A stretch of DNA of 64,000 nt from the human T2T-CHM13v2.0 reference genome, Homo sapiens. The DNA is taken from the NCBI RefSeq assembly GCF_009914755.1, contig NC_060936.1. One strand, written 5' to 3'. Both the position numbers and the translations under genes were made by a program. Of this stretch, positions 12,903 to 26,781 are shown in pieces; within the stretch, counting starts at the first letter, position 1, and each line of letters opens with the position of its first letter. Below the pieces are notes generated by a model that saw only the letters and a program-made list of their open reading frames with translations, was not told where the DNA came from and made no database searches.

Positions 12903-13039
12903 AAAAGTTATCTCAGCTATGTGAATATATACTTTTCCATTTTGAATCTATGTTTCTTTAGGAACCTAAAGCTTCCTTCTTTAGGAAACATAGATTCAAA
13001 ATGGAAATAATATATATTCACATAGCTGAGATGGCTTTT
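12903..13039. repeat. Long near-perfect inverted repeat (hairpin/cruciform)
   Basis: 12910-12931 pairs perfectly with 13011-13032 and 12934-12955 pairs perfectly with 12986-13007. Confidence 0.95.
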
Positions 13040-13479
13040 TGGGTTCAACATATTCTAAAAATCAGCATTAAAGATGTGTCAAAGTTTTTAGAATTACATG
13101 AAGAAGAAAAAATACTCTTGAAATCTGTAACTCTTGCTCTAATTTCTGTTATCCCAGATTGAACTCTCTGCCACTATATTATTCCTATTTTTGGCAAGAG
13201 AATGTGAGACATTAGAATATCATTAAAATTAATCTGCTTTGTTTAAAAAGTGCATTACTGTAGAGGACCTAAAATCTGGTTTGCACATGTATCTCCAAAG
13301 CAGGAATACCTATCCTTCAGATATTGCCGATTTTCACCAGTCTCAAATTGTGCTAAGCGTTTAAGTCATATCCAATTCATTTCTCAGCTTATATATTTTG
13401 AAATTTTATATTAGTTCCTGTTTCTATTTCCAGTGACATCTTCTAAGCTCTTTTTATCAATAATAATGACAATAATAAC

Positions 13480-13712
13480 GATGTTTATTTATTGAGCAGT
13501 TACTCTCTGCCAAACACTGTTGTAATGATATTATATTAGCTCACCTAATTCTCAAAACAACACTGTGAAGTAAGATACAGTTAGCATCCCCATTTTGCAG
13601 ATGAGAAAACTGAGGAAATGTGATGTTAACTGGCTTGCTTAAGGTCATTCAGCTGGGAAGTGGCAGAGTTGGGATTTAAATTCATGTGATTTCAGAGCCC
13701 ATCCTCTTAGCA
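13480..13712 (-). mobile_element. MIR
   Basis: tttattgagc...ccccattttgcagatgagaaaactgagg...gggatttaaa. Confidence 0.85.
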
Positions 13713-14673
13713 TGTTACATAGATCATTTCTTTACATCTTGGTCTTTAGCTTATTGGTAACTTTTAGAAAAAAAAGAGTATAGTACATAGAGTTAAAGAA
13801 AGAAATCTCTACTTCTTCCTAAATAACTAATTTTTAACTCTAGTGGTCCTTAAACATACAATTCCTTCAGTAACGAGGCTCTCCTGCAGTGATCAATGGT
13901 TGTGTTTCAAGGCCCTCCACAGCTAGTGATTTATTTGATTACTTACTGCTGAGTTGGGATAGCAAGGTGGTCTCAGTGAACAGCCCCTGGGTACTTGCAC
14001 ATAAGAAACATGTTTAATGTACAAGATGATAGAATTAAGGAGAGGGTGGGGACCAGATTAGAGGCAGCCTGGGTAAGCCAGATTTCTCTAAATCGGGGGG
14101 ATATTTTTTATTCATCTCAATATCTGACTTAATTCAGGAATTTTTAATTTAAAATTCAATTAGGGAGTTTCTATTATAAATGAAGTGTTGTTTTATGTAA
14201 TTATGAATTTCCCTGGATAGCCTAAGAGTAAAATAGTAGCAACAATTTCATTAAAATTGCTCACATCAAAACAGGGAACAAAGCGTGTTTTTATGTGTCT
14301 TTTATCTTTCCCTTTTTCTTTCAAAACCGTTTTGATTATTCAGCCATGGTTATTTTAGAAATAGCTCTATGAAGAGCTTTTATACTACTAATTTTCTGCG
14401 GCCCATAATAGTGTTCATTGCTGGTCTTCAAAGAGCTTTTAACAAACATTATTACATTAAAGAAAAGTGGTAGGCATCACCAACCATATCATACAGGCAA
14501 TCATTCCTGAAAACCTAGACATAAAATGGTCTTGCCTGATATTACAAAGCAAATTAGTTTCAGGGTTAGACAGCTGATTTAATGTTATCTATGGCATAAT
14601 CTGATAAGAGTTAAAACTCTAGTGAAATAAAAATAGTAATAACATCATGAAGATGTCTGTGATAGGGCATGGA

Positions 14674-14678
<5 letters not shown>

Positions 14679-14722
<44 letters not shown>
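14679..14722. repeat. (TA)22 microsatellite
   Basis: Direct reading. Confidence 0.97.
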
Positions 14723-14725
<3 letters not shown>

Positions 14726-16899
14726 CATTTATAGAATTATTGGGTTGAAAGGGAACTTAGGGAACATTTTATCAATTTTTCTGGTAATTTTCAGGTAAGG
14801 ATAGATTAAGTGATTCATCTAAAGCCATGCAGTTTGCTCACAATAGAGAAAGTTCTAAAATTTCATTTCATTTTTATTCTACAGTTATTGAGAGGGTAAT
14901 ATATACGCCAATTTTCTGATGTGTGACAAAAATTTAAGATAAATAATACACTAGAGCTGACAATATGGGAGGAAAAGTAGGTAAAATAATAATTGTGATA
15001 TGGTATGATTGTTTCTGTGAGAATAGAGTCCACTCCCATTCCTACTCCTACCCTGTTGACCCTACCCCTTACTGCCTCTTCATATGCCATGTCAGAAAAG
15101 TAAATGTCTTGCTTTTAAAACAATCAATTTTGACTTGGAAATTACACTAATAATTATGCCACCAAACTAAATTCTAGAAAAGTAGAGTTTATAGTTGGCA
15201 AAATGCTTTGTCAAATTATGTCAAATACTATTCTTCTAAAAATATTATTCATTAAGTATATATGGATATACATATATTTATAATATATGTGTGTATGTAT
15301 ATAATCCATTAATTATAGATGGATGTTAAAGTTAAATTGTGAGATATTCTGTTTCTTTAATTCTAATTATTGAGTATTCATGTCTGAGTTTTGTATCCTA
15401 AGCAAATAATCATAAACATGACCCTATTTCCCCAGATGCTTACAGTTTGTTATCACTGTCATACAGATACACATCTCAGCCAAAAAAGGAAACACTGAAT
15501 GGATTAGAAAGTCCAATAAATAACTTAAGTGATGCATTTAATTTTAGGGATTTGAGAATGCTATGAATTTCTTAGCAGGAAAAGCTAAGCAGGGCAAATG
15601 GTGAAATGAAAATCATCACTCAAATGCACTTCCAGGATTCCTGGAGGAATTGTGGCAGCAGTGAGAACTGGCACAATTAAAACACTTTTAATTTAAGAAA
15701 AGAGTATAAGTCTGATCCAGTGCTTTAAATAGTATAAGCACCTAGTGTACATTACATTTCCCATAATAGTACAATACTGAAGATTTTTATATCTGCCTAT
15801 TCCCATATTCCCATGGTACACACTAGTGATTTTAAAATTCACAACTAAATTCTTACTTCTAACAGTAAGACATTAGCTTAGAATTTCCTATAACCCCACA
15901 TTGTATTACATTGTATTACAAAGTCGCTTCTTTTTGAGCATTTTATTACCATTTCTCAATATTGATCACCCTCTGCCCAATCTTAAACATAACGAGGATA
16001 GCACATCATTTTCCACACATGGTATGTTTATAAAATTAGTTTTGCCAGGAACATCTCTGCTATGAAAGGAATAGTTATCAAAGAGAGTGCTGCCACTGGT
16101 TTTCTGAACAGCCTTAGGCAGGTCACTGACCCTTGCCATGGTTAGAGTCTTTCTCTTTTTGGACACTTTTATTAGGTATGATAAAATATGAGGGCTTAAC
16201 AAAAGTTATTCCTGAGAAAGCAGAAGGGTACGCACGGGAGAAGTCTCCTAACATCAAGTTGTTACTAAGCATCTAAGGGGTGTGACTGAATATAAATTAC
16301 GAAGAAAATTAGTGGAGAATGTGAAGCCAGAGTGGTAAAAAGACATCAGTAAGCCATGCAAAATGGGATTCTCTGTGTGCTCTTATAATTCCTCTTTGTC
16401 AATATTGTATCAGTTTTAATATTTCTAGGTGGTGATATATACCTAAGTTACTTTTCTGCCAACAGAAGGTGTTACACAAAAATACGAAAATACCTAAATA
16501 ATGCTTTCAAAAGACAGGCCAAAAAGAAATTGTTTTAACAGGATCATTGTGAGCTGTTGTTGTTTCTAATATTCAAACAGAGTTTTTGTTCATAGAAAGG
16601 ACTATTTAAAGTTATCAGGGTTTAAACTAATATTCAATTTATTAAAGTTAAAAATTAAAATGGCCTAATTTTCTTAATAGCTTCAATTTCTACTTACAAA
16701 TCTCATTATGGTATTAAAAAAATCTAGCAAAATGATAACTCCCTTTAATTTTTCTTGGATTATTGTTTAATTAACTTAAATGGAACAGAATAATTTCCCT
16801 TAGGCAAGTAGTCTCATTTACTAATTTAATTAATTAAATTTCCTGGAGCATTTTATATTACTTTTATAAATACAACATATTTGAGCTGCAAAATATTGC

Positions 16900-19178
16900 T
16901 GAAACACTTCACTAGTGTTAAAAAAAAGAACAACACAACATTGCTGAAAAATATTAAAGAATATCTAAGTAAATGAAGTGGTAGTTCATTTTCATGGATT
17001 GGAAGACTGAACATTATAAAGATAGTAATTCTTCCAAAATTGATCCATAAGTGCAGTGTGAAGTCTATCAAAATCCCAGTTAACTTTTTTTTTGCTGAAA
17101 TTGACAAGCTGACCTTAAAATATATATGGAATAGTGAAAAATTCCTGAAACAGAACAAAGTTAGAAAACTACTCAATTTTAATAATTACTACAAGGCTAA
17201 AGTAATCAAGAAAGTGTGGTAAAGCTAGATACACAGATCAATGAAAGAGAATTGAGAGTCTAGAGATAGAGATAAACCCTTATGTGTCTGGCCTGTTGAA
17301 TTCAGATAAAGGTGTTAAGCCAATTCAATGGGAAAAGAATAGTCTTTTAAACCAAGTGCTGAGAAAATTGGCTAGCCATATGAAAAAGATGAATTTAGAC
17401 CCTTACATCACACCCTACAACAAAATTAACTAAAAATTGGCCATATACCTAACTGTATAAGTTAAACATTTAGAAGAAGACATAGAAGTAAATCTTATTG
17501 ATACTGGGTTAGGCCAAATTTTCTTAAGTGTGACACCAAGTCCAAATGTTTTTTTAAAAATGTGAAATTAAAAACTTTGTGATTCAAAAGACACCACAGT
17601 AAGTAAAAAGTAAAGCCATAGAAAGCGATAAAACATTTGCAAATCATATATCTGATAAAGAACTTGTAAGCAGAACACATAAAGAACTTTTGCAACTCAA
17701 GAAGATAAATAATCCAATTAAAAAATGGTCAAAAGATTTAAATAGACATCTCACCAAAGATTTATGAATAAGCACATGAAATAATGCTCAGCATAGTGCA
17801 TCAGTAGGGTAACGTCTGAGTTAAAACCACAATGAGATATCACTTTATATTCACTCGAATGCTGATAATCATAAAGAACAACAATAAGTATCAGTGAAAA
17901 TGTAGAGAAACTGGAACCCTCATCCATTGCTAGTAGAAATATAACATGGTACAAATACTCTAAAACAATTTGGCAGTTTCTTAACAAGTTAAACATAAAT
18001 TTACCATATGATCCAGTAATTCTCCTAAGTACCTTCCTAATGGAAATCAAAGTGCAAATACTTTGTACAACAATTTGGCAGTTTCATAGCAAGTTAAACA
18101 TATATTTACCATATGACCCAGCAATTCTACTCCTGATACCTACCTAATGGAAATGAATGCATATGTCCACACAAAGTGGACACGATCATTCAGTGCAAAT
18201 GATCATAGCAGCATATTCATAATAGCCAAACTGTGGAAACAATCCAAATATCCATCAACTGGTGAGCAGATAAAACAAACATGGTGTATCCATTCAATGG
18301 AATACTATTCGGCAATAAAAGGGGGAAATGCTGCGCATAAATTACCTTTAAAACATTACAGTAAGTGAAAGAAGCCAGACACAAAGGCTACAGATTTTTA
18401 TTTGTTTCCATTATTTATATTATTTATATTTCTATTATTTATATTTCCATTATTTATATTAAATATTCAGAAAAAGCAAATCTATAGAAATGGAAAGTAG
18501 ATTAGTGGTTGCTTGGGACTCAGTGTGGAAATATGGTAGTTGAATAATGGCCCCAAAGATGTGCACGTCCTAAAACTCAAAACTTGTGCCTGTTACCTTA
18601 CATGGCATAAGGGACTTTAATGATGTCATTAAGTTAATAATTTTGAGGTGAAGAAATTATTCTGGATTATCCAGGCGGGCCCAATGTAATCGCAAGGGTG
18701 CTTTTAAGAAGGAAACAGGAATGTCAGACTTAGAGAAAGAGATTTGCAGATGTTGCACTGCTGACTTTGAAGATGGAGGAAGAGGCCAAGAGCAAAGGAA
18801 TGCTGACAGCCTCTAGAAACTAGAAAAAGGCAAGAGAACCAATCATCCCTGTAAGAGCCAGTAGCAAGGGAACAGATTCTCCCTTAGAGCTTCCATAACG
18901 GATGCAACTCTGTCAACACCTTGATTTTAGTCATATAAGACTCATTTTGGACTTCTGACCTTCAGAACTATTAGACAATAAATGTGTGTTGTATTAAAGT
19001 ATGTGGTAATTTGTTACAGTCAATAGAAAACTAATACAGAAAGTGACTGCAAATGACCAGGAAGGATCTTTTTGGGTTGTGGTTATGATGGTACAACTCT
19101 GTAAATTTACTAAAAATGATTTAACTGTACACTTAAAATTAGCAAATTTTATTGCATATATATTATACTTCAGTGAAT
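16900..19178 (+). mobile_element. Old L1M (MC/MD/ME-like) ORF2 end plus 3' UTR, interrupted by MLT1
   Basis: tcatggattggaagact, gaaattgacaagctgacc, ttaccatatgacccagcaatt; 3' UTR resumes after 19038. Confidence 0.82.
18532..19038 (+). mobile_element. MLT1C/D-like solo LTR nested in L1M
   Basis: gaataatggccccaaagatg start, AACTAATACA end. Confidence 0.85.
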
Positions 19179-21313
19179 TTATTTCCTGTTAGTTAATCTA
19201 GTCACTATCTGCTTACCTTCCTTATTTTTGTTCTTCCCATCTAGCGCACCACAACTATAATGTCATTCTAATGACTTTAGATTCTGGATTTTTTTTTCCA
19301 CTTTGTTCTTGCTATTGGAGCAAACTCTACATGCTGTTGGAAAACTGGAGGCCGTGTTGAAGTTTTACAAATAAGACTTTTTTAAACTGATTTTTACCTT
19401 TCCTTACTTTTGTCAACAGTCTGTGAAACTGAATGTAACCTTTTCTTATTGATAATATTTAATAATTGTTCATGTTATTGATATTGATGAGATGCTTTGG
19501 TCTAAACTTATTCCTAGAATATACACCGAAACATTATTTTTGAAATCTATGATTTTCACTGGCCTATTTTTATTAAAAGGAATAAGAAATTTGCTCAAGA
19601 AGTATACCAGACCACATTTTAGCAAAATTAATTGCCAAATCAAGCACTGAGGGTGTCTTCTAGCTGCTATATATAAAATAACACTGTAATTTCTATTTGC
19701 TTTATCCCATCTACTGAGTTGTTTGCAACATATAAACAAACCAACTTTCTGCTTTAATAAAGCATCAATAACTCCTTCTTGTGAGCCTCAACAATTTATT
19801 TCCTGTTCAACCTAGAGGTAGAGCTCAGCATCATGTACTGATAGCTGATAACATCCTAGATTAGGGGTGTATTTTTCTCATGTAAAAAAAAAAAATCCCA
19901 GAAGTCAGTAGTCCATGATTGGTACAATAGTTGAAGGCAGTTATCAAAGACCGAGGGCCTTTCAGCTTCCAGCTTTCCTACTCTTAACATGAGACTCATC
20001 GTAAGTCAGAACTGCCTATAATCACACAAAGGCATATTTTGAAGCCATTAATGAAAATTTGTACAAGAATTGTTAATGCTATAAAAACTTTTACAATATA
20101 TTAGCTGAAAAAAGTAAGTGAGAAGTATATGCTCTTTGCACTCTTTTTTATAATAAAGACATATTTCTTTTTTTTTCTTCAACTTTTAAGTTCAGGTGTA
20201 CATGTGCAAGATGTGCAGGTTTGTTGCATAGGTAAATGTGTACCATGGTGGTTTGCTGCACAGATTATCCCGTCATCTAAGTATTAAGCCTGGCATCCAT
20301 TAGCTATTCTTCCTGATGCTCTCCCTCCTCCCACCCCCCACCCTCCAACAGGTCCCAGTGTGTGTTGTTCCCACCCCCAAAGTGTCCATGCGCTCTCCTC
20401 ATTCAGCTCCCACTTATAAGTGAGAGCATGTGGTGTTTGGTTTTCTGTTTCTGTGTCAGTTTGCTGAGGATAATGGCTTCCAACTCCAACCATGTCCTTG
20501 CAAAGGATATAATCTCATTCCTTTTTATGGCTGCATAGTATTCCATGGTGTATACGTACCACATTTTCTTTATCCAGACTATCATTGATGGGCATTTGGG
20601 TCGATTTCATGTCTTTACTATTGTGAATAATATTGCAATGAACATACATGTGCATATATTTTTATAATAGAATAATTTATATTCCTTTGGGTAAATACCC
20701 AGTAATGAGATTGCTGGGTCAAATGGTATTTCTGCCTCTAGGTATTTAAGGAATGACCACACTGTCTTCCACCATGGTTAAACTAATTTATACTCCCACC
20801 AGCAATGTAAAAGCATTCCTTTTTCTCTAAAACCTTGCCAGCATCTGTTGTTTTTTGACTTTTTAGTAGTAGTCATTCTGACTGGCATGAGATGGTATCT
20901 CGTTGTGGTTTCGATTAGCATGTCTCTAATTATCAATGATGTAGAGCTGCTTTTTTTCATATGTTTGTTGGCCACATGTATGTTTTCTTTGGGGAATTGT
21001 TTGTTCCTATCCTTTGCCCACTTTTTAATGGGGATGTTTGCTTCTTTCTTGTAAATTTAAATCCCTTGCAGACTTTAGATATTAAACCTTTGTCAGATGG
21101 ATAGATTGTAAACATTTTCTCACATTCTGTAGGTTGTCTGTTCACACTGATGATAATTTCTTTTGCTGTGCAGAAGCTCATTAGTTTAATATTTCATTTG
21201 TCCATTTTTGCTTTTGCTGCAATTGCTTTTGGCATTTTCTTTATGAAATCTTTGCCTGTGCCTATGTCCTGGATGGTATTGCCTAGATTTTCTTCTAGGA
21301 TTTTTATAGTTTT

Positions 21314-22213
21314 TCATCTTACATTTAAGTCTTTAACCCATCTTGAGTTAATTTGTGTATATGGTGTAAGGAATGGGTCCAGATTCAATCTTCTGCATAA
21401 GTCTAGCCAGTTTTCCCAGTACCATTTATTAAATAGGGTATCCTTTCCCCATGGCTTGTTTTTGTCAAATTTCCCAAATATCAGACGGTTGTAGGTGTGC
21501 AGTCTTATTACTGAATTATCTAATCTGTTCCCTTGGTCTATGTGCCTGTTCTTGTACCAGTACCATGCTGTTTTGGTTACTGCAGCCTTGTAGTATAGTT
21601 TGAAGTCAGGTAGCATGATGACTCCAACTTTGTTCTTTCTGCTTAGGATTGTCTTGGCTATCCAGGCTCTTTTCTCCTTCCATAGGAATTTTAAAATATT
21701 TTTTTCTAATTCCATTAATAATGTCAATGGTAGTTTAATGGGAATAGCATTGAATCTATAAATTACTTTGGGCAGTATGGCCATTTTCACAGTATTGACT
21801 CTTCCTATCCATGAGCATGGAATGTTTTTCCATTTGTTTGTATCCTTTCTGATTTCCTTGAGCAGTGGTTTGTAGTTCTCCTTGAAGAGGTCCTTCATTT
21901 CACTTGTTAGCTGTATTCCTAGGTACTTTAGTCTTTTTGTAGCAATTGTGAATGGGAGTTCATTCATGATTTGGCTCTCATCTTGTCTATTGTTGGTGTG
22001 TAGGAATGCTAGTGATTTTTTCACATTGATTTTGTATCCTGAGACTTTGCTGAAATTGCTTATCAGCTTAAGAAGCTTTTGGGCTGAGACTATGTGGTTT
22101 TCTAGATATAGGATCACGTCATTTGCAAATAAAAATAATTTGACTTTCTCTCTTCCTATTTGAATACCCCTTATTTCTTTCTCTTGCCTGATTGCCCTGG
22201 CCAGAATTTCCAA
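21314..22213 (-). pseudogene. L1 ORF2 reverse-transcriptase fragment (299 aa open, catalytic FADD changed to FAND)
   Basis: [17 protein letters not shown]...[12 protein letters not shown]...KVSGYKINV; flanked by stops and frameshifts. Confidence 0.92.
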
Positions 22214-23998
22214 TACTATGTTGAATAGGAGTGGTGAGAGAGTGCATTCTTATCTTGTGCTGGTTTTCAAGAGGAGTGCTTCCAGCTTTTGCTCATTCAG
22301 TATGATATTGGCTGTGGGTTTGTCATATATGGCTCCTATTATTTTGAGGTATGTTCCTTCACTACCTAGTTTATTAAGCATTTTTAACATGAAGGGATGT
22401 TGAATTTTATCAAAGGCCTTTTCTGTGTCTATTGAGATAATCATGTGGTTTTTGTCTTTAGTTCTGTTTATGTAATGAATCACATTTTTTATTTGCATAT
22501 GTGGAACTAACCTTGCATCCCAGGAATGAAGCCATGATTGTGGTGGATAAGTTTTTTGATGTGCTGCTGGATTCAGTTTGCCAGTATTTTACTGAGGATT
22601 TTTGCATTGATGATAATGAGGGATATTGGCTTGAAGTTTTTTTGTTATTGTTGTACCTCTGGCAGATTTTGGTATCAGGATGATTCTGGCCTAAAATAAT
22701 GAGTTAGGGAGGAGTCCTTCCTTTTCAACTTTTTGAAATAGTTTCAGTAGAAATGGTACTAGCTTTTCTTTGTGCCTCTGGTAGAATTCAGCTGTGAATA
22801 ATCCATCTGGTCCTGGGCTTCTTTTGTTTGTTTGTTTGTTTAGTAGGCTATTTATTACTGCCTCAATTTCAGAACTCATTATTGGTCTATTCAGGGATTC
22901 AATTTCTTCTTAGTTCAGTCTTGGCAAGGTGTATGTGTCCAAGAATTTATCCATTTTTTCTAGATTTTCTGATTTATGTGCATAAAGGTGTTTATAGTAT
23001 TCTCTGATGGTTGTTTGTATTTCTTTGGGGTCTGTGGTGAAATCCCCATTATATCTGATTGTGTTTATTTTATTCTTTTCTCTTTCTTTCTTTATTCGTC
23101 TAGTTAGCGGTCTATTTTATTTGTTTTTTCAAATAACCAGCTCCTGGATTCATTGATTTTTTGACGGTTTTTTTGGGTCTCTATCTCCTTCAGTTCAGCT
23201 CTGATCTTGGTTATTTTTTGTCTTCTGCTAGCTTTGGGGTTTGTTTGCTCTTGGTTCTCTCATTCTTTTGATTGTGATGTTGGGTTATTAACTTGAGCTA
23301 TTTCTAGCTTTTTTATGTGGCATTTAGTGCTATAAATTTCTCCCTTAACACTGCTTTACCTGTATCCCAGAGGTTCTAGTAATTGTCTGTTTGTTCTGAT
23401 TAGTTTCAAAAAACTTCTTGATTTCTGCCTTAATTTCATTATTTACCAAAGAGTCATTCAGGAGCAGGTTGTTCAATTTCCATGTAATTATGTGGTTTTC
23501 TGTAAATTTCTTAATCTTGAGTTCTAATTTGATTGTGCTGTGGTCTCAGAGACTGTTACAATTTCAGTTCTTTTGCATTTGCTGAGAAGTGTTTTACTTC
23601 TGATTATGTAACCAATTTTAGAGTAAGTGCCATGCAGTGATGAGAAGAATATATATTCTGTTGTTTCTGGTTGGAACCTTCTATAGATATCTGTTAGGTC
23701 TATTTGATCCAGAGCTGAGTTCAAAGAGTTCAGATCCTGAGTATCTTTGTTAATTTTATATCTCAGTGATCTGTCTAATATTGTCAGTGGGGTGTTAAAT
23801 TCTCCCACTATTATTGTATGGGAGTCAAAGTCTCTTTGTGGGTCTCTAAGAACTTGCTTTATGAATCTGGGTGTTCCTGTATTGGGTGTATATATATTTA
23901 AGACAATTCTTCTCGTTGAATTGAACCCTTTGCCATTACGTAATGCCCTTTGTCTTTTTTGATCTTCGTTGGTTTAAGGCCTGTTTTGTCAGAAACTG

Positions 23999-24075
23999 TT
24001 AGGTTGGTGCAAATAACTATGGTTTGGCCACTAAAAGTAATGGCAAAAACCACAGTTACTTTTGCATCAATGTAA
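23999..24075. mobile_element. MADE1 (Hsmar1 MITE) inserted in L1 ORF2 endonuclease region
   Basis: TTAGGTTGGTGCAAA...TTTTGCATCAATGTAA; flanks TG/TA; the homologous empty site GAGAC-TA-GGATTGC is present in the second L1 near 52715. Confidence 0.9.
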
Positions 24076-26781
24076 TAGCATTGCAATTCCTGCTTTTTTC
24101 TGTTTTCCATTTGCTTGGTAAATTTTCCTCCATTTCTTTATTGTGAACCTACATGTGCCTTTTCACGTAAGATGGATCTCTTGAACACAGCATGCCTATG
24201 GGTCTTGGCTGTTTATCCAGCTTGCCATTCTGTGTCTTTTAATTGGGGCATTTAGCCTATTTACATTTAAGGTTAGTATTGTTATGTGTGAATTTTATCC
24301 TGTCATCATGATACTAGCTGGTTATTTTGCAGACTTGTTTATATGGTCGCTTCATAGTGTCACTGGTCTGGTCTGGGTACTTTGGTGTGTTTTTCTAGTG
24401 GCTGGTAATGGTTTTCATTTCCATATGAAGTACTTCCTTCAGGGGCTCTTGCAAGGCAGGCCTGGTGGTGACAAATTCCCTCAATATTTGCTTGTCTGAA
24501 AAGGATCTTATTTCTCCTTTGTGTAGGAAGCTTAGTTTGGCCAGATGTGAAATTCTGGGTTCAAATTCTTTCTTTAAGAATGTTGAATATTGGCCCCCAA
24601 TCTCTTCTGACTTGTAGGGTCTCCAATTAGAGGTCCACTGTTAGTCTGATGGGTTTCCCTGGCCTTTCTCTATGGCTGTCCTTAACATTTTTTCTTCCAT
24701 TTTGACCTTGGAGAATCTGACGATTATGTGTCTTGTGGTTGATCTTCTAGAGTATCTTACTGGGGTTCTCTGCATTCTTTGAATTTGAATGTTGGCCTGT
24801 CTTGCTAGTTTAGGAAAGTTCTCCTGGATGGTACCCTGAAGCATGTTTTCCAACTTGGTTCCATTCTCCCTGTCTCTTTAGAGTCAGTTATGTTCCTCTA
24901 AACTGGCTATTCTGGCTCTCAGTTTATATATCATTTTATCATGATTCTTAGCCCCTTTGCATTGGGTTACTAAATGCTCTTTCAGCTCAGTGAAGTTTGT
25001 TATTACCCACCTTCTGAAGTCTACTTCTGTTAATTCAGCCATCTCAGACTCAGCCCAGTTCTGTGCCCCTGCTAGAGAGGTGTTGCAGTCATTTGGAGGT
25101 GAAGAAGCACTCTGGCTTTTTGAGTTTTCAGCATTTTTGCATTTATTCTTTCTCATCCATGGGCTTATCTACCTTTGATCTTTGAGGTTGCTGACCTTTG
25201 AATGGAGTTTTAGTGGGGTCATTTTTGTTGAGTTTTTGTTTTCTGTTTGTTTGTTTTTCTTTTAACAGTCAGGCCACTCTACCATAGGGCTGTTGCACTT
25301 TGCTGGGGTCCACTCCAGGCCCCAGTTGCCTCAGTTTTTCTCATACCTGGAGGTATCACCAGTAAAGGCTGCAAAACAGCAAAGATGGCAGCCTTTTCTA
25401 GAAGCTCTGATCCAGATGGGTAGTGACTTGTTGCCAACTCAAATGTGCCTATCAGAGGTGGCTGGAGACCCCTGTTGGGAGGTCTCATCCAGTCAGGAGG
25501 AACAGGATCAGGGACCCACTTAAAGAAGCAATCTGGCTGCTTTTTGGTAGACCAGGTGTGCTGCAATGGGGGGAACCCTTCCTCATCTGGAATGTTTGGA
25601 TTCTCCAAAACCAGCAGGCTGGAATGGCTGAGTTGGCTGAACTACAGAGATGGCAGTCACCCCTTCCCTCAGGAGCTCCATCTCAAGGAGAGATCAGAAC
25701 TCTGCTCATAGAACTCTGGCTGGAGTGGCTGAAGCCCCAGCAGAGAGGTTCAGGCCAGTGAGGAGGAATGGATTTGGTTTCCCCTTAAAAAAGGAGTCTG
25801 GCCATGATCTGGCAAAGCAGCTATGCTGTGTGGAGGGGGACCCTTCTGCATCTGGATTGTTTGGATTCTCCAAAGCCAGCAAACTGGAATGGCTGAGTTG
25901 ACCAAACCACAGACATGGTGGCCACCCCTCCGCCTGGGAATTCAGTCCAGTCTCAGGCAGACTCTTGTTGCCATTGGCTGGCTGGAATTCAAAGTCAGTG
26001 GGTCTTAACTTGTGAGGTGCAGTGGAAGTTGAGCCTGCAGAATGACTCTGCTTGGCTCCCTGGACTCAGCCCCCTTCCTAGAGATATGTACAGATGGATC
26101 CCCTGCCTTGCCAGGGATCCCAGGGCAGAAGTATGTAAAACTCCTGTGTCTCTGTGTGTGCCTGAGTGGCTTCTCTGCCTAGTCTCCACACAGCTCTGTG
26201 TATCAAACCCAAGGCCCTGGTGGCAGGGGCTCATAAGGGGATCTCTTGATCTGTGTGTTGTAAAGATCTGTGGGAGAAGTGTGGTTTTGCAGGAGGAGTT
26301 GCACAATCACTCAGCAATTCCCTTGGCTGGGAGTGGGGGGTTCCTTTGGCTCTGTGATGCACCCAGGTGGGCCATCGCCCTACCCTGCTTTTCTTCATTC
26401 TCCATGGGTTGAGTTATTTGCCTAGTCACTCCCAGTGTGAGAACTTGGATATTTCAGTTGAAGGTGCCAATTCACTTGCCCCTTTCATTCCTCTCCATGG
26501 GTGCTACAGACTGCAACTGCTTCTAATCGGCCATCTTGGCCTCATTTCTTGGCTTCACAGGTGTTCTGGAGTCTTAAATATGGATCTTCCAATGCCAGCA
26601 GATCACAGATGATGGGGTCTGTGGCAGAATCACCTCAGCCTCCTGAAGCAGAGTACATAGGGCAGGGAAGACCTAACCCCAAGCTCTGGTTCTATAATAT
26701 TATCTTCAAAGAGTACATGTATACATGTATGTAGAAAACACTAACAGATTATGCTTAAGAGACAACCAGTGTTTATCTGCA

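Larger units (their letters stand above)
20170..26543 (-). mobile_element. Near full-length dead L1PA (about PA8-PA10), ~6.4 kb
   Basis: 3' UTR with T-tail at 20165, ORF2 and ORF1 remnants, 5' end GAGGCCAAGATGGCCGATTAGAAGC on minus strand, probable TSD ATTTCTT (20163-20169 / 26544-26550). Confidence 0.93.

Noticed and set aside
21314-22213. 299-aa RT ORF as an active or domesticated enzyme
   Set aside because: Fragment of a disrupted L1 ORF2 with the catalytic FADD changed to FAND
25480-25930. ~266-bp tandem repeat in the L1 5' UTR
   Set aside because: Repeated modules are, to my recollection, a general feature of older L1PA 5' UTRs and so probably not locus-specific
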